A stretch of DNA of 63,604 bases, counting the filler, from Choristocarpus tenellus KU-1152 (taxonomy: Eukaryota > Protista > Phaeophyceae), in the NCBI GenBank assembly GCA_964200185.2. It is 8 parts of 8 records of this genome, joined end to end, with 100 filler letters (N's around TTAATTAATTAA, not from the genome) between each part and the next. Parts side by side here need not be neighbours in the genome. Positions count along the whole stretch, not along the records: positions 39,538 to 43,198 come from CAXNAD020018659.1; positions 43,299 to 47,279 come from CAXNAD020016812.1; positions 47,380 to 63,604 come from CAXNAD020000855.1; 5 more parts are not named here. One strand, 5' to 3'. The notes under the pieces were generated by a model, which saw only the letters and a program-made list of their open reading frames with translations, was not told the origin of the DNA and made no database searches. Both the position numbers and the translations under genes were made by a program. This document shows, in pieces, positions 39,538-51,100 of the stretch (the first letter of the stretch is position 1; each line of letters starts with the position of its first letter).

Positions 39538-42500
39538 TGCCTCCCCCCCCACCCCCCTCGCCACGGGAACAAGGGCACAAATGCTGCGCCCGGCATTGGC
39601 ATGTAATCGAGCACTGGCAAAAGAACGACAACTATCCACATAGTCCGTCACCCTCACTGTCATTCGCTGGGGTAGAAAACCCACAACGGTACGTAGCCCC
39701 GTCACCAACCCCCCAGCTGTTATTCTGCCTTCCACTTCCTCTTTGCTGTCCTCATTTGATGTGCCTCTGCTTTCTGTGTACTTGTCCCCTCCACCCCCCC
39801 TTCCGAGGCTATTTGCTCCTCCGCCAGCGCTGGAGGTATTGCTATTCCCAGACCTTCCAGTTGCTCCCCCTCCCCACCCGCCCCTTACAGTGCTGTTGGC
39901 TGTAACATCAAAGATGTGAATGGTGCGGTGGGAGCTCGAAACAGCGAGGCGGGTGGAGGCCTTGTTGAAGCTCATGGAGTAAACGTTGCAGCTTGTGGAC
40001 CCTCTCCGCAAGGTGCATATCTTTTGATTTTTCGTTTCAACATGGCAAAAGGCAGGGGACATACACGTAGGATGGAATGGGGAGGTGGATTGGCTCGAGT
40101 TGGAAGATCTGTTGAGAAGCAAAATATGTATGTAGAACATCCTTCTTGTGTGCTAATAACACCAACGTGTATATTATTATCATTATTATGCTCGAAAGTT
40201 GAAAAGGTGCTCTCAGAATGAGGGATCAGATGCCAGCTTTATGATATTCCAGTGACACGTATCGATGCGGGCATGCTATCAATGTAGTGATTCGATGCTG
40301 TGTACCTGCTGATTGGTTACCTGAGAAAGCAAAAGTAGGGAAGTAAATGAAAGTGATAACAGAGTCCACGGAAGGGTATGTCTGTGAAGGAAACTGATAA
40401 AAGGTATGAAGTATTGACAACATACCATCAGCAGTACATCTGTATATTGAGGATATACCAAACAAAGTCGTACCTATCCACCTATCCCCCTTTATGTTGT
40501 TGGTGGGAGGTTTCCAATTTGTCATTAGAATCGCCACACCACCTTCTTTTCTTTGCAGCTATATTTTTATCCCTTCGCAAATGAGTCTACACCAAGTGAA
40601 ACAATTAAACGCGTGCATTACTCCCTTCCCCCACCTGAACTATAGACACCGGCACAGTATGATCTGAGCACAGCTACAACTCTCCCAGCTCTCAAGAAGA
40701 AACGCCCAATGGGAACGTAAAATTCCTAAGCAAAAGCCTTTCTCACAACTAACTTTAAATTACTCTGAATGCGACTAGAAGAAAACATTTCAAAGCTAAG
40801 ATCCGATTGGGGTTATCTGCTCTGATCAGCACATCTAATATGGCAGGCCTCCCTTCGGAGTACACCCTCTGCAATGATCCTTGCCTCAACCAAGAACACT
40901 AAAATGGTGTAACTTACTCCAGCAACATGTAGCAATTCAACAATTACAGATGGGCTGTCTGACCTTGACTGCTGCAGGCACGGTGAACACACGAACTACA
41001 GTTCCTTGCTCTGAGGCCGTTGCCAGAAGCTTCCCGTCTCTGCTAAAGCACACTGCCACCACCCGACTGCGGCAGGCCACCACTTTGTTGAGTACTTTCA
41101 GGGTAAGGGCATCGTACAAGATTACCTGCCGAAGTCGTGATGTGATTATTGAGGTGAAGTAGAGTAGTAGACATGGGCTTTTAGTAGGGAGCTTGGAACT
41201 CTTTCTACCTGTGGATGAGGAAGATAGTCGCGAAAGTCCCTCTGCGGACATGCAAGAGATGTGTCACATTTCCTTCAAACTCCTTCCTTATGTTGGAAGT
41301 GACATTGGAGTGTCATGGCTGGTGTTAGGGTGTACTGCAATGCGAAAATATAAACCTCTTGTTACCGCATTTGAAAACAGTCATGCAACATTCTTGGTGT
41401 GTTAAAGGAATATATAAGCATCACAGGTGCTCAATGACTCACAGTTTGGTCGTGATTCCCAGCTCCCTCTGACAAAAAGTAACCCCGAATTTAATTATTT
41501 CCACGAGTAACTCCAGTAGGGGTAGAGCAACAATGCAGGCAATAGAAGAAAACATAATATCCATGGGTGACAACAGAAGCAACACTCAGGTGCAGTGCAT
41601 GTAGCCAAGAAATGAACATGACCCTAAGCTTTTAGAGTCAAAGTATTGACAGGCATAAACCTCTGCTCTGAAGGGTTCATATAGGAAGTGGACCACAGTC
41701 CCTCACCTCACCCGCCCCACCCCCACCCCTCTTCCCTCCTCCTTGCGATCCACCAGGGAAGGCCAGGTGGCACTTTTCTTCATTTGGAGACAACGCCATC
41801 ACACCATGAGGGTTGGGGGCAGTCTCCAGTGTTTGCAAACACTTCATATCTGCAATGTCAAACACATGCAGTGCCTCACGAAGGCAGACAACCACCCGCT
41901 TTCGGTTGAGCTTCACTGCAAGTACTGAGGTGTGGAAGTTGACCTCACATATCGCGTTGGCCTTCTTTGTGTTCCAGAGTCGGAGACGCCGGGGGCTATA
42001 TTTAATTACGATGGAGTATCATTAAGGTTGGGCGAGAGAAGAGTGTGTAAAACAGCGGGAAATCGATTGAGAGGAACATATCGACAGCAAGCACTGACCT
42101 ACTAGGGACTACCTCCACATCATAGACGGGCCAACCAGACAGTGTTGCAGACAGGGATGCATGTGAAACGGAGAAAAGCCAAAGTATACCTGAAAGCAGG
42201 TCGATCCCCGTTTCCGACCAGGGCCACGAGGCTAGAACTGAATAGCATCTCCACCAGACCAATGCCTCCATCTACCACCCCCAAGCACTGACTAAATGGG
42301 CGACAGACATATATCCTGTATCCTGTTCGCAACCCCACAGACAGACATGTGGCATCCTGTGAGGGTAGAAAATGGGGGNNNNNNNNNNCACCCACAAAAG
42401 AAGAGATGGCGCGAGGGGAGGGTGAAAGAGGGGGGGGGGGGGGGGGGGGGATATATGTCGTGTCTTAACGAGAACTGAATCAGGTGGAGAAGAGACTAAA

Positions 42501-42993
42501 CAAGGGAAAGGTGTTCAACGTCGCCATTCCTGTATGGACTGGTGCCAACATAGCAATGTGACGTACAAACAGGTCGAATTCACCTCCTAGATATCTCCTG
42601 ATGAATTCTTGTTCATATCGCAGGTAATAGTGTGAACTATGCATTACTAGGGGCGTCCGATCTGGTTCGTTCAGGTAGTAGTGGACAAAACACACTTCGT
42701 TGCCCAGAGTGGTTGGAACACATCCTCTCCAGTCTCCTTCAAGGTCTCCAAGCTCCGAAATATGTTCAATCATTCAACACAACAATCTGGCATGGATTGA
42801 AATCCAGTGTCTCCACCAGGAGCGAAGAATCAATGTAATCTCTAACTCTAGTGTTTAATTACACACCCAATTCGATTCAAACTCCAAGTCGCATTTGAAG
42901 CACACATGATCGACTCACCTGATTGAAACCGAAGCACAATATATCCTTAGGAGAGACATCTCCAGTTACACTCCCATCTGAGTCCTTCCCCAT
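39538..42993 (-). CDS. ATG18: ATG18/WIPI (PROPPIN) beta-propeller. Exons 42993-42919, 42356-42190, 41995-41707, 41125-40964, 40020 to gap; 3' end missing
   Basis: Phase-consistent GT-AG exons give ILCFGFNQ|D, VEMLFSSSLVALVG, SPRRL, VLAVKLNRKR, LLATASEQGTVVRVF, the LRRG phosphoinositide motif and SSSHRTIHIF. Confidence 0.95.
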
Positions 42994-43198
42994 CGGACCC
43001 TCTGACTTTGGCCACCCTGCTTCTCTTATGTTAACCTTTGATGCTGTGGGTGGTGAATATTGGGCAGATTCAACAGTAACTAGTAAAATTGAAATATCGT
43101 TATCGTTTATCGATTTTTTTTTTTTTGACTATGTGAAACAGGTGGAAACAGCCGAAATGAAGGGGAGCGGGAAGACCCACAGGAGGACAGATCAAAGA

Positions 43199-43298
43199 NN
43201 NNNNNNNNNNNNNNNNNNNNNNNNNNNNNNNNNNNNNNNNNNTTAATTAATTAANNNNNNNNNNNNNNNNNNNNNNNNNNNNNNNNNNNNNNNNNNNN
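43199..43298. other. Artificial assembly linker
   Basis: Same 100-bp spacer. Confidence 0.98.
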
Positions 43299-43598
43299 GC
43301 GGGACGTGGGCGCTGGGGCGGGGGGGGGGGGGGGGGGGCGGGAGGTGGGGGGAATGAAAAAGGAAAGTGCGTTCAGATGAAGGAAATTGCCACAACATCT
43401 AACACATTTGCTCGTATGGCATGGAAACCAAGACGGTGTGTCATACAGGCACATGGCATTGTCTATTGTTTTAGAGCAATCATGCCTGTGCTCCCTTTTA
43501 TGTGCACCTATGCACGTATGCTCAAAGCAGAAATGTTGTGTCCCCCACCCACACAGAAGTGCCCCTCCCTATGACCTGGCCGGTTTCGCCCTACTAAC

Positions 43599-45978
43599 CT
43601 TCATATCTCCCACTGATTTCAGTAGCTGCGGGACGGCTGAGCACAACCTGGGCATTTCCTGAACACAAGGAGGTTACAAACACAGGGATTGAAAGGAATA
43701 ATGCTTAGCAGGTTTTAAGAACACCAAATTTGGAAAGTAGAACCGGAGTAGAAAAACGTCCTCCATACCGTTGTACAAGGAGGCTGTTACGTTTTACATG
43801 GTGAACAATCCGTACACAACCAAGTCAATTTATTCGGACAGGACCGGGTGCTTCAAAAACGTTTCAAAATCCTTTAACTTCTAAACCAACAGTAAATGCA
43901 GCATTTCTCGAATCCTATACCACTCCCAACAGCACAACCTATATACCCATACAAGGGTCTGAACATATGCTCTCTGCCGATATATGCTCCTCGTGTCAAA
44001 CCGTAAGACATAGCTCCCTTTTCCCAGCGATGCATAGACATAATTCCCAACCCATTAAAAAAATATCAAAATTTGTTACACCTATCGAACTTCATACCAA
44101 AATTTGTATCATACCACCAGATGTTGTAACATAGATGTTGTAACCAGATGCCTCCTGCCCCCCCCCAGCTTTCACAACACTGTTGAGACAGCGAAATTTT
44201 TAACCGGCTCCGACGATTTTGACTAATTTGAATCAATTGCCGGCACACAAGGCGAGGCACGTAAAGGTACTGAACACACCATTTCACACCAGTTCTCTCT
44301 ACTCTGCCAGAAGTAAGAAGCATTCTCTATCGAAAGGTTTGAGATGTTTTTTTTTGTTTTTTTTTGTCGTGACTTATCAAACAAACACCCCCCTACTGGG
44401 GTGTGGTGTAACTGTTACATACTCGCCGACACTCTTGAGATGCTATATATCAATGAGGTAGATACAGGAAAAGAGAACACAACCAACAATCAAGAACAGA
44501 ATCCGTTTCGCTCGCAAGTTGCACTAGTGTTACAAAAAAAAGAAGAGAGAGATACGGTCAAGGTAAGATCTTTCCACTGTTAACCCACTTTATATATATA
44601 TACATATACAGCGGCTAAGACAATTTCAAAATAATACAGAAACAAGCAACAAGCAACAAACGACAAACGATACAATCGTACCCTTTGACTATCTCCTCGA
44701 TAGACGCAGGGGTTTACTAATGAACTAACACCTAGCGCTATGAACACCGACCCCAGAGAATACACTGTTCCACCCTCTCGCTGTGAATAGATTCCTCCAA
44801 TCTCAAGGTGTTGGCTGCCTGCCTTCTTGGCAATATTGGCATTCCTCCCACGCACACCCCTTGACTCAGTTACAATGTCAAGACTTGTCTTACCCTACTT
44901 GAGCTTTTTTACGTCATACATACACAACACTAAATAAACACATCGAATCCAATGCAACAATCCGGCGAACAGCAAACTATGTTGGCATCAGGTCACGCCA
45001 TGACAAGCCCAAATATTTCCAAAAAAAGCACCAGAGGCCGCTAGGCATCACACTATGTGTTTTTTTAGACTGTTGGATAGGGAAAAGGAGGTTACTATTT
45101 GATATGTAAGGGCTTAAGGCCATTGGGATTCGTTACCAAGGCTGTGTGTGGTGAAGCTGCAACTGGACTCCCATTGTAGAGCCATCATGCATTTCAAATG
45201 GAATTTGATGATAGGTAGGATTCTGGTCTTGAGATATGACCTGAATTAAATATTCATTCAACTGTATATCCAGAACGGGGGAGAGCACCAAGAACTCGGT
45301 GCTCTAAATAAGAACTCAAAATATTGAGGTAATAAGAATAGCGCATTAGTAATAATGTGCTAAGGTTTTGTGGATAAGGCATGTGGAAATTCCTGCGCCA
45401 GGAACGACTTGCTATCCATGATATGTGTGACACCCATGATATGTGACACAGGGAGGCCAAAGGTAGACAAGATGGATTGGCGATGATGACTGCAAGAACA
45501 GATGGTGTGGCTGCGTCAACAACCCCCCCTCTCTCAAACGGACGCACTACCAATACCCTACCAACAGTTGGATAAACCACAGCTCAATACAAACAAGGAA
45601 ATAGGTATAATTGTTTAGGAGATCAGCCTACCAAACAAAATGCGAACCCCCAGAAAAACATTAGGCAAGTGGCCAAAGAGGGAAAACATTTTAGTTTCAC
45701 ACAGTGATCAGAACATCAACACTCATCAACAACAAACTCAACCAACCCTACGGAAGAGACTACACAATTTGACCCCCCCTCCCCCCAAATCCCTGCTTGA
45801 ACTTCCTCACCAGTTTTTCAAAAGTCCCATCATGGACTGGTACATCATCCCTCATCAGACCGCCAAGCCTGTTACAAGCAGCATTCATCATGCCACAAGA
45901 AGGCAAGATGAGTGATAAAAAAAAGAAGAGAGGAGGGGTGAACGGTCGGGAGAGCAAGTACCCACTACAGAGTTCCAG
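43599..45978 (-). CDS. Unidentified micro-exon gene fragment. Exons 45978-45962, 45868-45811, 45240-45137, 44859-44823, 44442-44423, 44269-44241, 43658-43599
   Basis: Phase-consistent chain LELCSG-LGGLMRDDVPVHDGTFEKL-VISQDQNP...HTQPW-GVRGRNANIAKK-HLKSVGD-TFTCLALCAG-NAQVVLSRP; two GC donors are required. Upstream candidate exons at 46570-46950 are ambiguous. Confidence 0.45.
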
Positions 45979-46806
45979 CTACCACAGGGTGGTCGGGCAG
46001 CCAGAGACCAACAACAATATAATACATCTTTTCAATCACAGGTTTCTCAACATTAAAGGTATGAACCACCAAACCAAGAAGTGTCTTTATTTATACTCTC
46101 CGGAGTAGACAGTTCTCCTTCCCACTGTGTATAGAGCACTCTCTCTCTAAAAGCAATAACATACACAACAACAAAAAAAACACACACACGCAGAACCAAA
46201 CTCACACCACATCAAGACCAAAATGAGAACATCCAATCCACAAAGCCTTTCAATAGCGCATTGAATACCTTCTAGTTATGGCCGACTATGACCAACTAGA
46301 CTCCTCTACGGATACAACTGTTGAAAAAATATAAAAATAAACTGTTGGCGACAGTACTGCGATATTCCTCAAGCCCTTTTTTTTCAAATAACACTTCCTT
46401 CCTTCCACACACACACACACACACACACCAAACATTGTCACAAGAATAGTGCCCTAATGCTCAGTGGATTATTCACAGCAGCAGTCGCCAACATGGTCAA
46501 ATTTTCCGTAGTCTTGCCTAACAAACTCTTCTCAACCCTTACACGACGACCACACTGCACGCCTGCATCAGGGTGTCAAACTCAACATTCTCAGCATGGG
46601 AGGAATAGTAAGACTAACTGTTAAAAAAATTTGTGGCAGTATAAACCATTGAACAACCACCATCTGTGGTAAAGTAGTATATTGGTGGTATGCCTCTTAA
46701 AATCATACCCATCAACCGATCCCCCTATAACATCTGGTCAGCAGGAATCTCTAATTTGGCTTCTAAGAATGTTGGCCCAACAATTCTTAGACTTACTTGG
46801 TACTAT

Positions 46807-46808
<2 letters not shown>

Positions 46809-46850
<42 letters not shown>
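46809..46850. repeat. (CA)n microsatellite; others at ~5477, ~6030 and ~46406, plus (CAGG)n at ~8576
   Basis: Direct observation. Confidence 0.95.
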
Positions 46851-46853
<3 letters not shown>

Positions 46854-47279
46854 AAACAGCACACATACCCACTCCCCACTATCATGTTCAACACAGACTT
46901 TCGTCGGGGAGGTCACCAACTAGACCGGAAACTCCTTGCCTCCACAGACTACTATACAAAATTGGCAGTGCACAGAGTGGTTTGATGTTCCAACATTTAA
47001 CCCCAACAAACAACAGTACAATAAAGTCCACACATACCAACAGCAATTTCTTACACAAAAATACTGTACTAACCCTAGCCCTACAATTCAACCCGGAAAA
47101 AAAAGACTTGTCCCCCTCCACCAAGGCTATCGACAAAACAAAGGATGCAAGTAGTTATTGCTAGTTGTGAGGTGTTCAATATCAGCAACTACCTTCACAC
47201 ACACCCCCCCCCCCCCCCCCTTTCACCACCCTCTTTATACTCAAAAAAAGCAAAAAAAAAACAAAAAAAAAAACTGTAA

Positions 47280-47379
47280 NNNNNNNNNNNNNNNNNNNNN
47301 NNNNNNNNNNNNNNNNNNNNNNNTTAATTAATTAANNNNNNNNNNNNNNNNNNNNNNNNNNNNNNNNNNNNNNNNNNNN
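47280..47379. other. Artificial assembly linker
   Basis: Same 100-bp spacer. Confidence 0.98.
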
Positions 47380-47448
47380 CAAAAATCGCAACATGAAAGA
47401 ATTGACCCCAAATGGACAGCCGCCACCCCCCCCCAGATACTATGAGCC
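47380..47448 (-). mobile_element. MITE family B fragment at a contig start
   Basis: CCCCAAATGGACAGCCGCCACCCC...AGATACTATGAGCC. Confidence 0.8.
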
Positions 47449-47616
47449 TTCTCGGAGTCATCTTGCAGTGTATCCATCAGTTCTACTCTCCACCATACTT
47501 GAGTCTTACATCTGCAAGTTCCCCAAACATCAACGCCTATGGGAATTGCTCAACCCCCATGCACGCAATGGAACCAGCAAATTGTAGTCTCCCTTTTTGC
47601 AGTCACCATGATGCTG

Positions 47617-47830
47617 TCACATCCAGTTAGTTTTCACTAGGGCATCTTTGTAGGACAGTACGTTGTTAATGTTTTCCCATTTGCAAATCCGATACAGTGT
47701 AGGAGAATGTGGTGGTAACAGAAGAGCATCATATGGTGCACATAGCGGAATGTTCATGAACAGAACTATCCAGCAGAACGTCAAGTACATAATCTCAAGT
47801 TGATACACCTGTGCCTCTGTCTGATCCTGG
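47617..47830 (-). mobile_element. Possible Tc1/IS630 transposase remnant
   Basis: LLLPPHSPTLYRICKW resembles LPPYSP.LNPIE..W. Confidence 0.35.
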
Positions 47831-48669
47831 CAGTGGTATCAACTTCATCGCTGATGGTGCAAGCAAGCAAAAACAAATTTTTCAGTCTGCTTTGAGTTCT
47901 GACCCAAAGCCTAGATCTGCCTAATGTCACAACCTTGTTTGGAGGTTAACGGCACATGGTCTCTCTTGAACTCAGACACGGCTACTCCAAATGACCTGCT
48001 GACACCTTTTCAATCACTGCAATCATCCTGGACAAACTTCCTTATGTTTTGGGCACAATTTCCCCACCATCAGCACCTCACTGGCAACAATCAAATTTTC
48101 CTCCACCCCCTGTCACTCCTCCTCCTTTGACCCAGTTGTGTCTTTATAAATCTCTTGATGACTTCAAGGTCCTTCGAGATGGCCTAGTCCAAGTTGAACT
48201 CCATTACCCCCATGCTTAGCACTACAGCAAAAATTCTGTATACCTTTGATGAAGGTCTTGCCTGACCTCACACTATTCTGTATACTCTCCATCATTCACC
48301 CTAATGCATGCTCACAACAGGGGTGGACCATGTCAGGGGGATGTATATCTGCCTGTGTGGAAGCAAATGGTCTACCAAAATATACATGCAAAACTGTGGA
48401 ATCCATGCATAATTTCAAGATGGCTGACAGGGAATTTGAAACCAACAATAACAACACAAGTCAGGACCCTGCCGGAGACTTCAAAATTAAAAAACTTTAT
48501 GTACTGACAGTCTTTTAACAATGTTGGATAAACAATTGGACAAGAGGTTAAATAGAAGGGGGGGGTGTCTGCTGGTAGCTACAAATATCCACCGATTTTC
48601 TTCTGCACACGCTTTCTAGACAAGCAATTATAGGGACCCGTGAGAAAGATTCCCACAGCCAGGTTGCTG

Positions 48670-48895
48670 TCTAGGTAGATAGCTTGGTGGCACACATTCA
48701 CAAAGTGCTTCTCAAGGTATTTGCGTAACATCTGGAAGCTTTACTTAATTGAGAGAACATTCTTCATGAGGAATAGTATGGTTTCCGACCCTAATGCTCC
48801 ATAGTGGATATGATATGTGCCCTCCAGAAGCTGGATCAGGAAAATCATCTACCTCTGGTAATGTGTTAGTTTGCAAAAAGCGTATTAACTGCTTT
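48670..48895 (+). mobile_element. Decayed LINE (RTE-like) reverse transcriptase fragment
   Basis: ISLVAHIHKVLLKVFA*HL...ILHEE*YGFRP*CSIVDMI...LQKAY corresponds to ISLVAH.GKVLLK...EEQCGFRP.RST.DM...DL.KAYD. Confidence 0.8.
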
Positions 48896-49899
48896 CTCTC
48901 ATCAGCTGTGATTACCAAGAGTGGTGTGCTTGAGAAATGATAATAATTACCATATTCTAAATTATTTCACTCAACAATTGCGACATGAGATACAGGGACC
49001 AAGCAGACAAGAGGATGTACAGAATACCAGAAGAGAAAGAACAAACTTGCTACAAGTTCATGTGAGGAACAGATAAGAACAGAGCAACACAAGCGGAGTT
49101 CAGATAACCCTCCTATCTGTCCCTCTAGTTGAATTGATTAGCGTGTGGATCCCACACCTCCCACAACCAACATCTTCCATGGGTTGGAAGGTGCGGTGAC
49201 GGGAAGCCCTGACTCCCAATGCACCAATGTCGACCATGATGACAACCTTTTGTTATCTGTTTTAAGTGGCAGGAAGTAGATAAAAAAATGTTTTTCATCA
49301 GGACAACCGACTACAAACCTCACTTCTTGTCATGTTTAGAGGTGCTTTGTTGTACAGGGAACAATGATTGCAAATAGAGAGGCAAACAGCACCATCCTGC
49401 TAATGAACATTGGTTGCTGAGCTGGACGCTTTAGTGAATAGGAGGAACCAAAACAGTGAGGCATCTTTTGTCCAATAGTACTCCAACGTCTTGAATAGGG
49501 ACAACGGAGAGAAGTCCATGTGTCAAGTAGAGATCAAGTCTGATAACAAGGGCAAACAAAGGCCCTGAGCACACGCATTTGCCACTAGGTCAAATCAACA
49601 GGATTGGAGGCAAAAGACTCTTATGTGCCACCTCAAAACATGAACATTCTATCAAGCACGGCAAGTATCAGCAGGAAAATAGTTGATTTAAGGTAGCAAA
49701 GTATGCTATGATTGTTTCAGGTAAGTTATCCTTGCATATTTTTCCCTATTATACATTGTTTTGCTCTGAACAAGTGCATTTGTAAGTGCCCATGCTACGC
49801 AGTACGTATTTCAACTCAAAAAGGTAACATGAAGATTGACTATCCACTATCCACTATCCACCCTCAAGTGCTTATACAGCAGGTAGAAAATAAGATCTT

Positions 49900-51100
49900 G
49901 CACAACCCCTCAGGAAATGTGGTTCAGCAGCAGCTCGCACTGCAAAAACCGTGTATGTAATTGAAGAAGCAGTAGGTTTTTTTACCCAGCAATCTGGAAT
50001 AAGGGCAAAGGATATAAAATTCACATGGACACCCTTTCATTGGCAAATCATGTCATGTTTCCAAAGCCTTGGAGTAACTTCAACACAATGGTACTCTGCT
50101 TACTTGATGAGGTGAAGAACATCATAATCGACGAGTTAAGGGCTCAACACAACAAGTGCTTGACGGAAGGATACAGAAGAAGATTTTGATGCTTTAAATG
50201 GATCTTCCTACAATTACTGTAAGTTCAATACTATTCGGCTACCGTCAATTTAGTGTCAGTGGACTTTTTGGTTAGGGGACACATTGGCCTCTGAGCTGGA
50301 CCTGTTGGGATCTGATCTATTTGATTTGGGTGGGGAAGATGAGCAGGGTTCTGCCTCTACACTATCAGATCCCAATCAATCTCATAATGAGCTGTGCCTT
50401 CTCCAAGTCTCAACAAGGAAAAGTTGTCGATATTGAAGCAAGTACAATTCTTTGCAACGACTTGCAGAGAGTAACATCGAGTGGGGATCATCAGAAGGAG
50501 GCGATAAGTTTGTTCCAAAAGTCAAGTGTTGAGATACCAAGCCAGGAAGTCATCATGCATGTATATCATGGAGGGACAGATGGAGAACAACAGATAATTT
50601 GGTCTCGAATATTCAAAGGCTACTCTTACCGATTTAGCATGCGGAGTAACATCAAGTGGGGATCATCAGAAGGAGGCGATAAGTTTGTTCCAAAAGTAAC
50701 GTGTTGAGATACCAAGCCATGAGGTCATCATGCATGTATATCATGGAGGGACAGATGGAGAACAACAGATAATTTGGTCTTGAATATTCAAAGGCTACTC
50801 TCACCGATTTAGCATGCAAGGGATTGCATTTTGTTCAATTGCTTTTATTGGCCATCCTGGGCAGACTGTATCATCAGGTGGTACTGGCAGCAGTTTGCAA
50901 TGTGGAATGTGCACCAAGAAGGTGAATTGCCTGGTATAGTTGTCTCTGAAGATGCGCATCATCAAGGAGGAGGCGAAGAACAATAAGCAAACAGAGGAAC
51001 TAATACCCAAGCAATGGAATACCACGCAAGTATTCTTGTCTTCCAGAAGAATCCACGAAACATCATTGATTTTAAATCCTGGCTCATTCAACCCTGCATG
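49900..51100 (+). mobile_element. Possible hAT transposase remnant with an internal tandem duplication
   Basis: Broken frames with GGTDGEQQI (TD.g.N-like) and KQWNTTQ (TRW.S region-like). Weak. Confidence 0.25.
50469..50817. repeat. 175-bp tandem duplication, two near-identical copies
   Basis: GAGTAACATC...CCGATTTAGCATGC starts at 50469 and 50644. Confidence 0.95.

Noticed and set aside
45850-45978. LELCSGLGGL resembling C5-methyltransferase motif I
   Set aside because: No downstream PCQ or ENV motifs, and the match depends on an unverified 17-nt exon.
46568-46614. Additional GC-donor exon (SYYSSHAENVEFDTLMQ)
   Set aside because: Equally good GT-donor alternatives exist nearby; not counted as GC-AG evidence.
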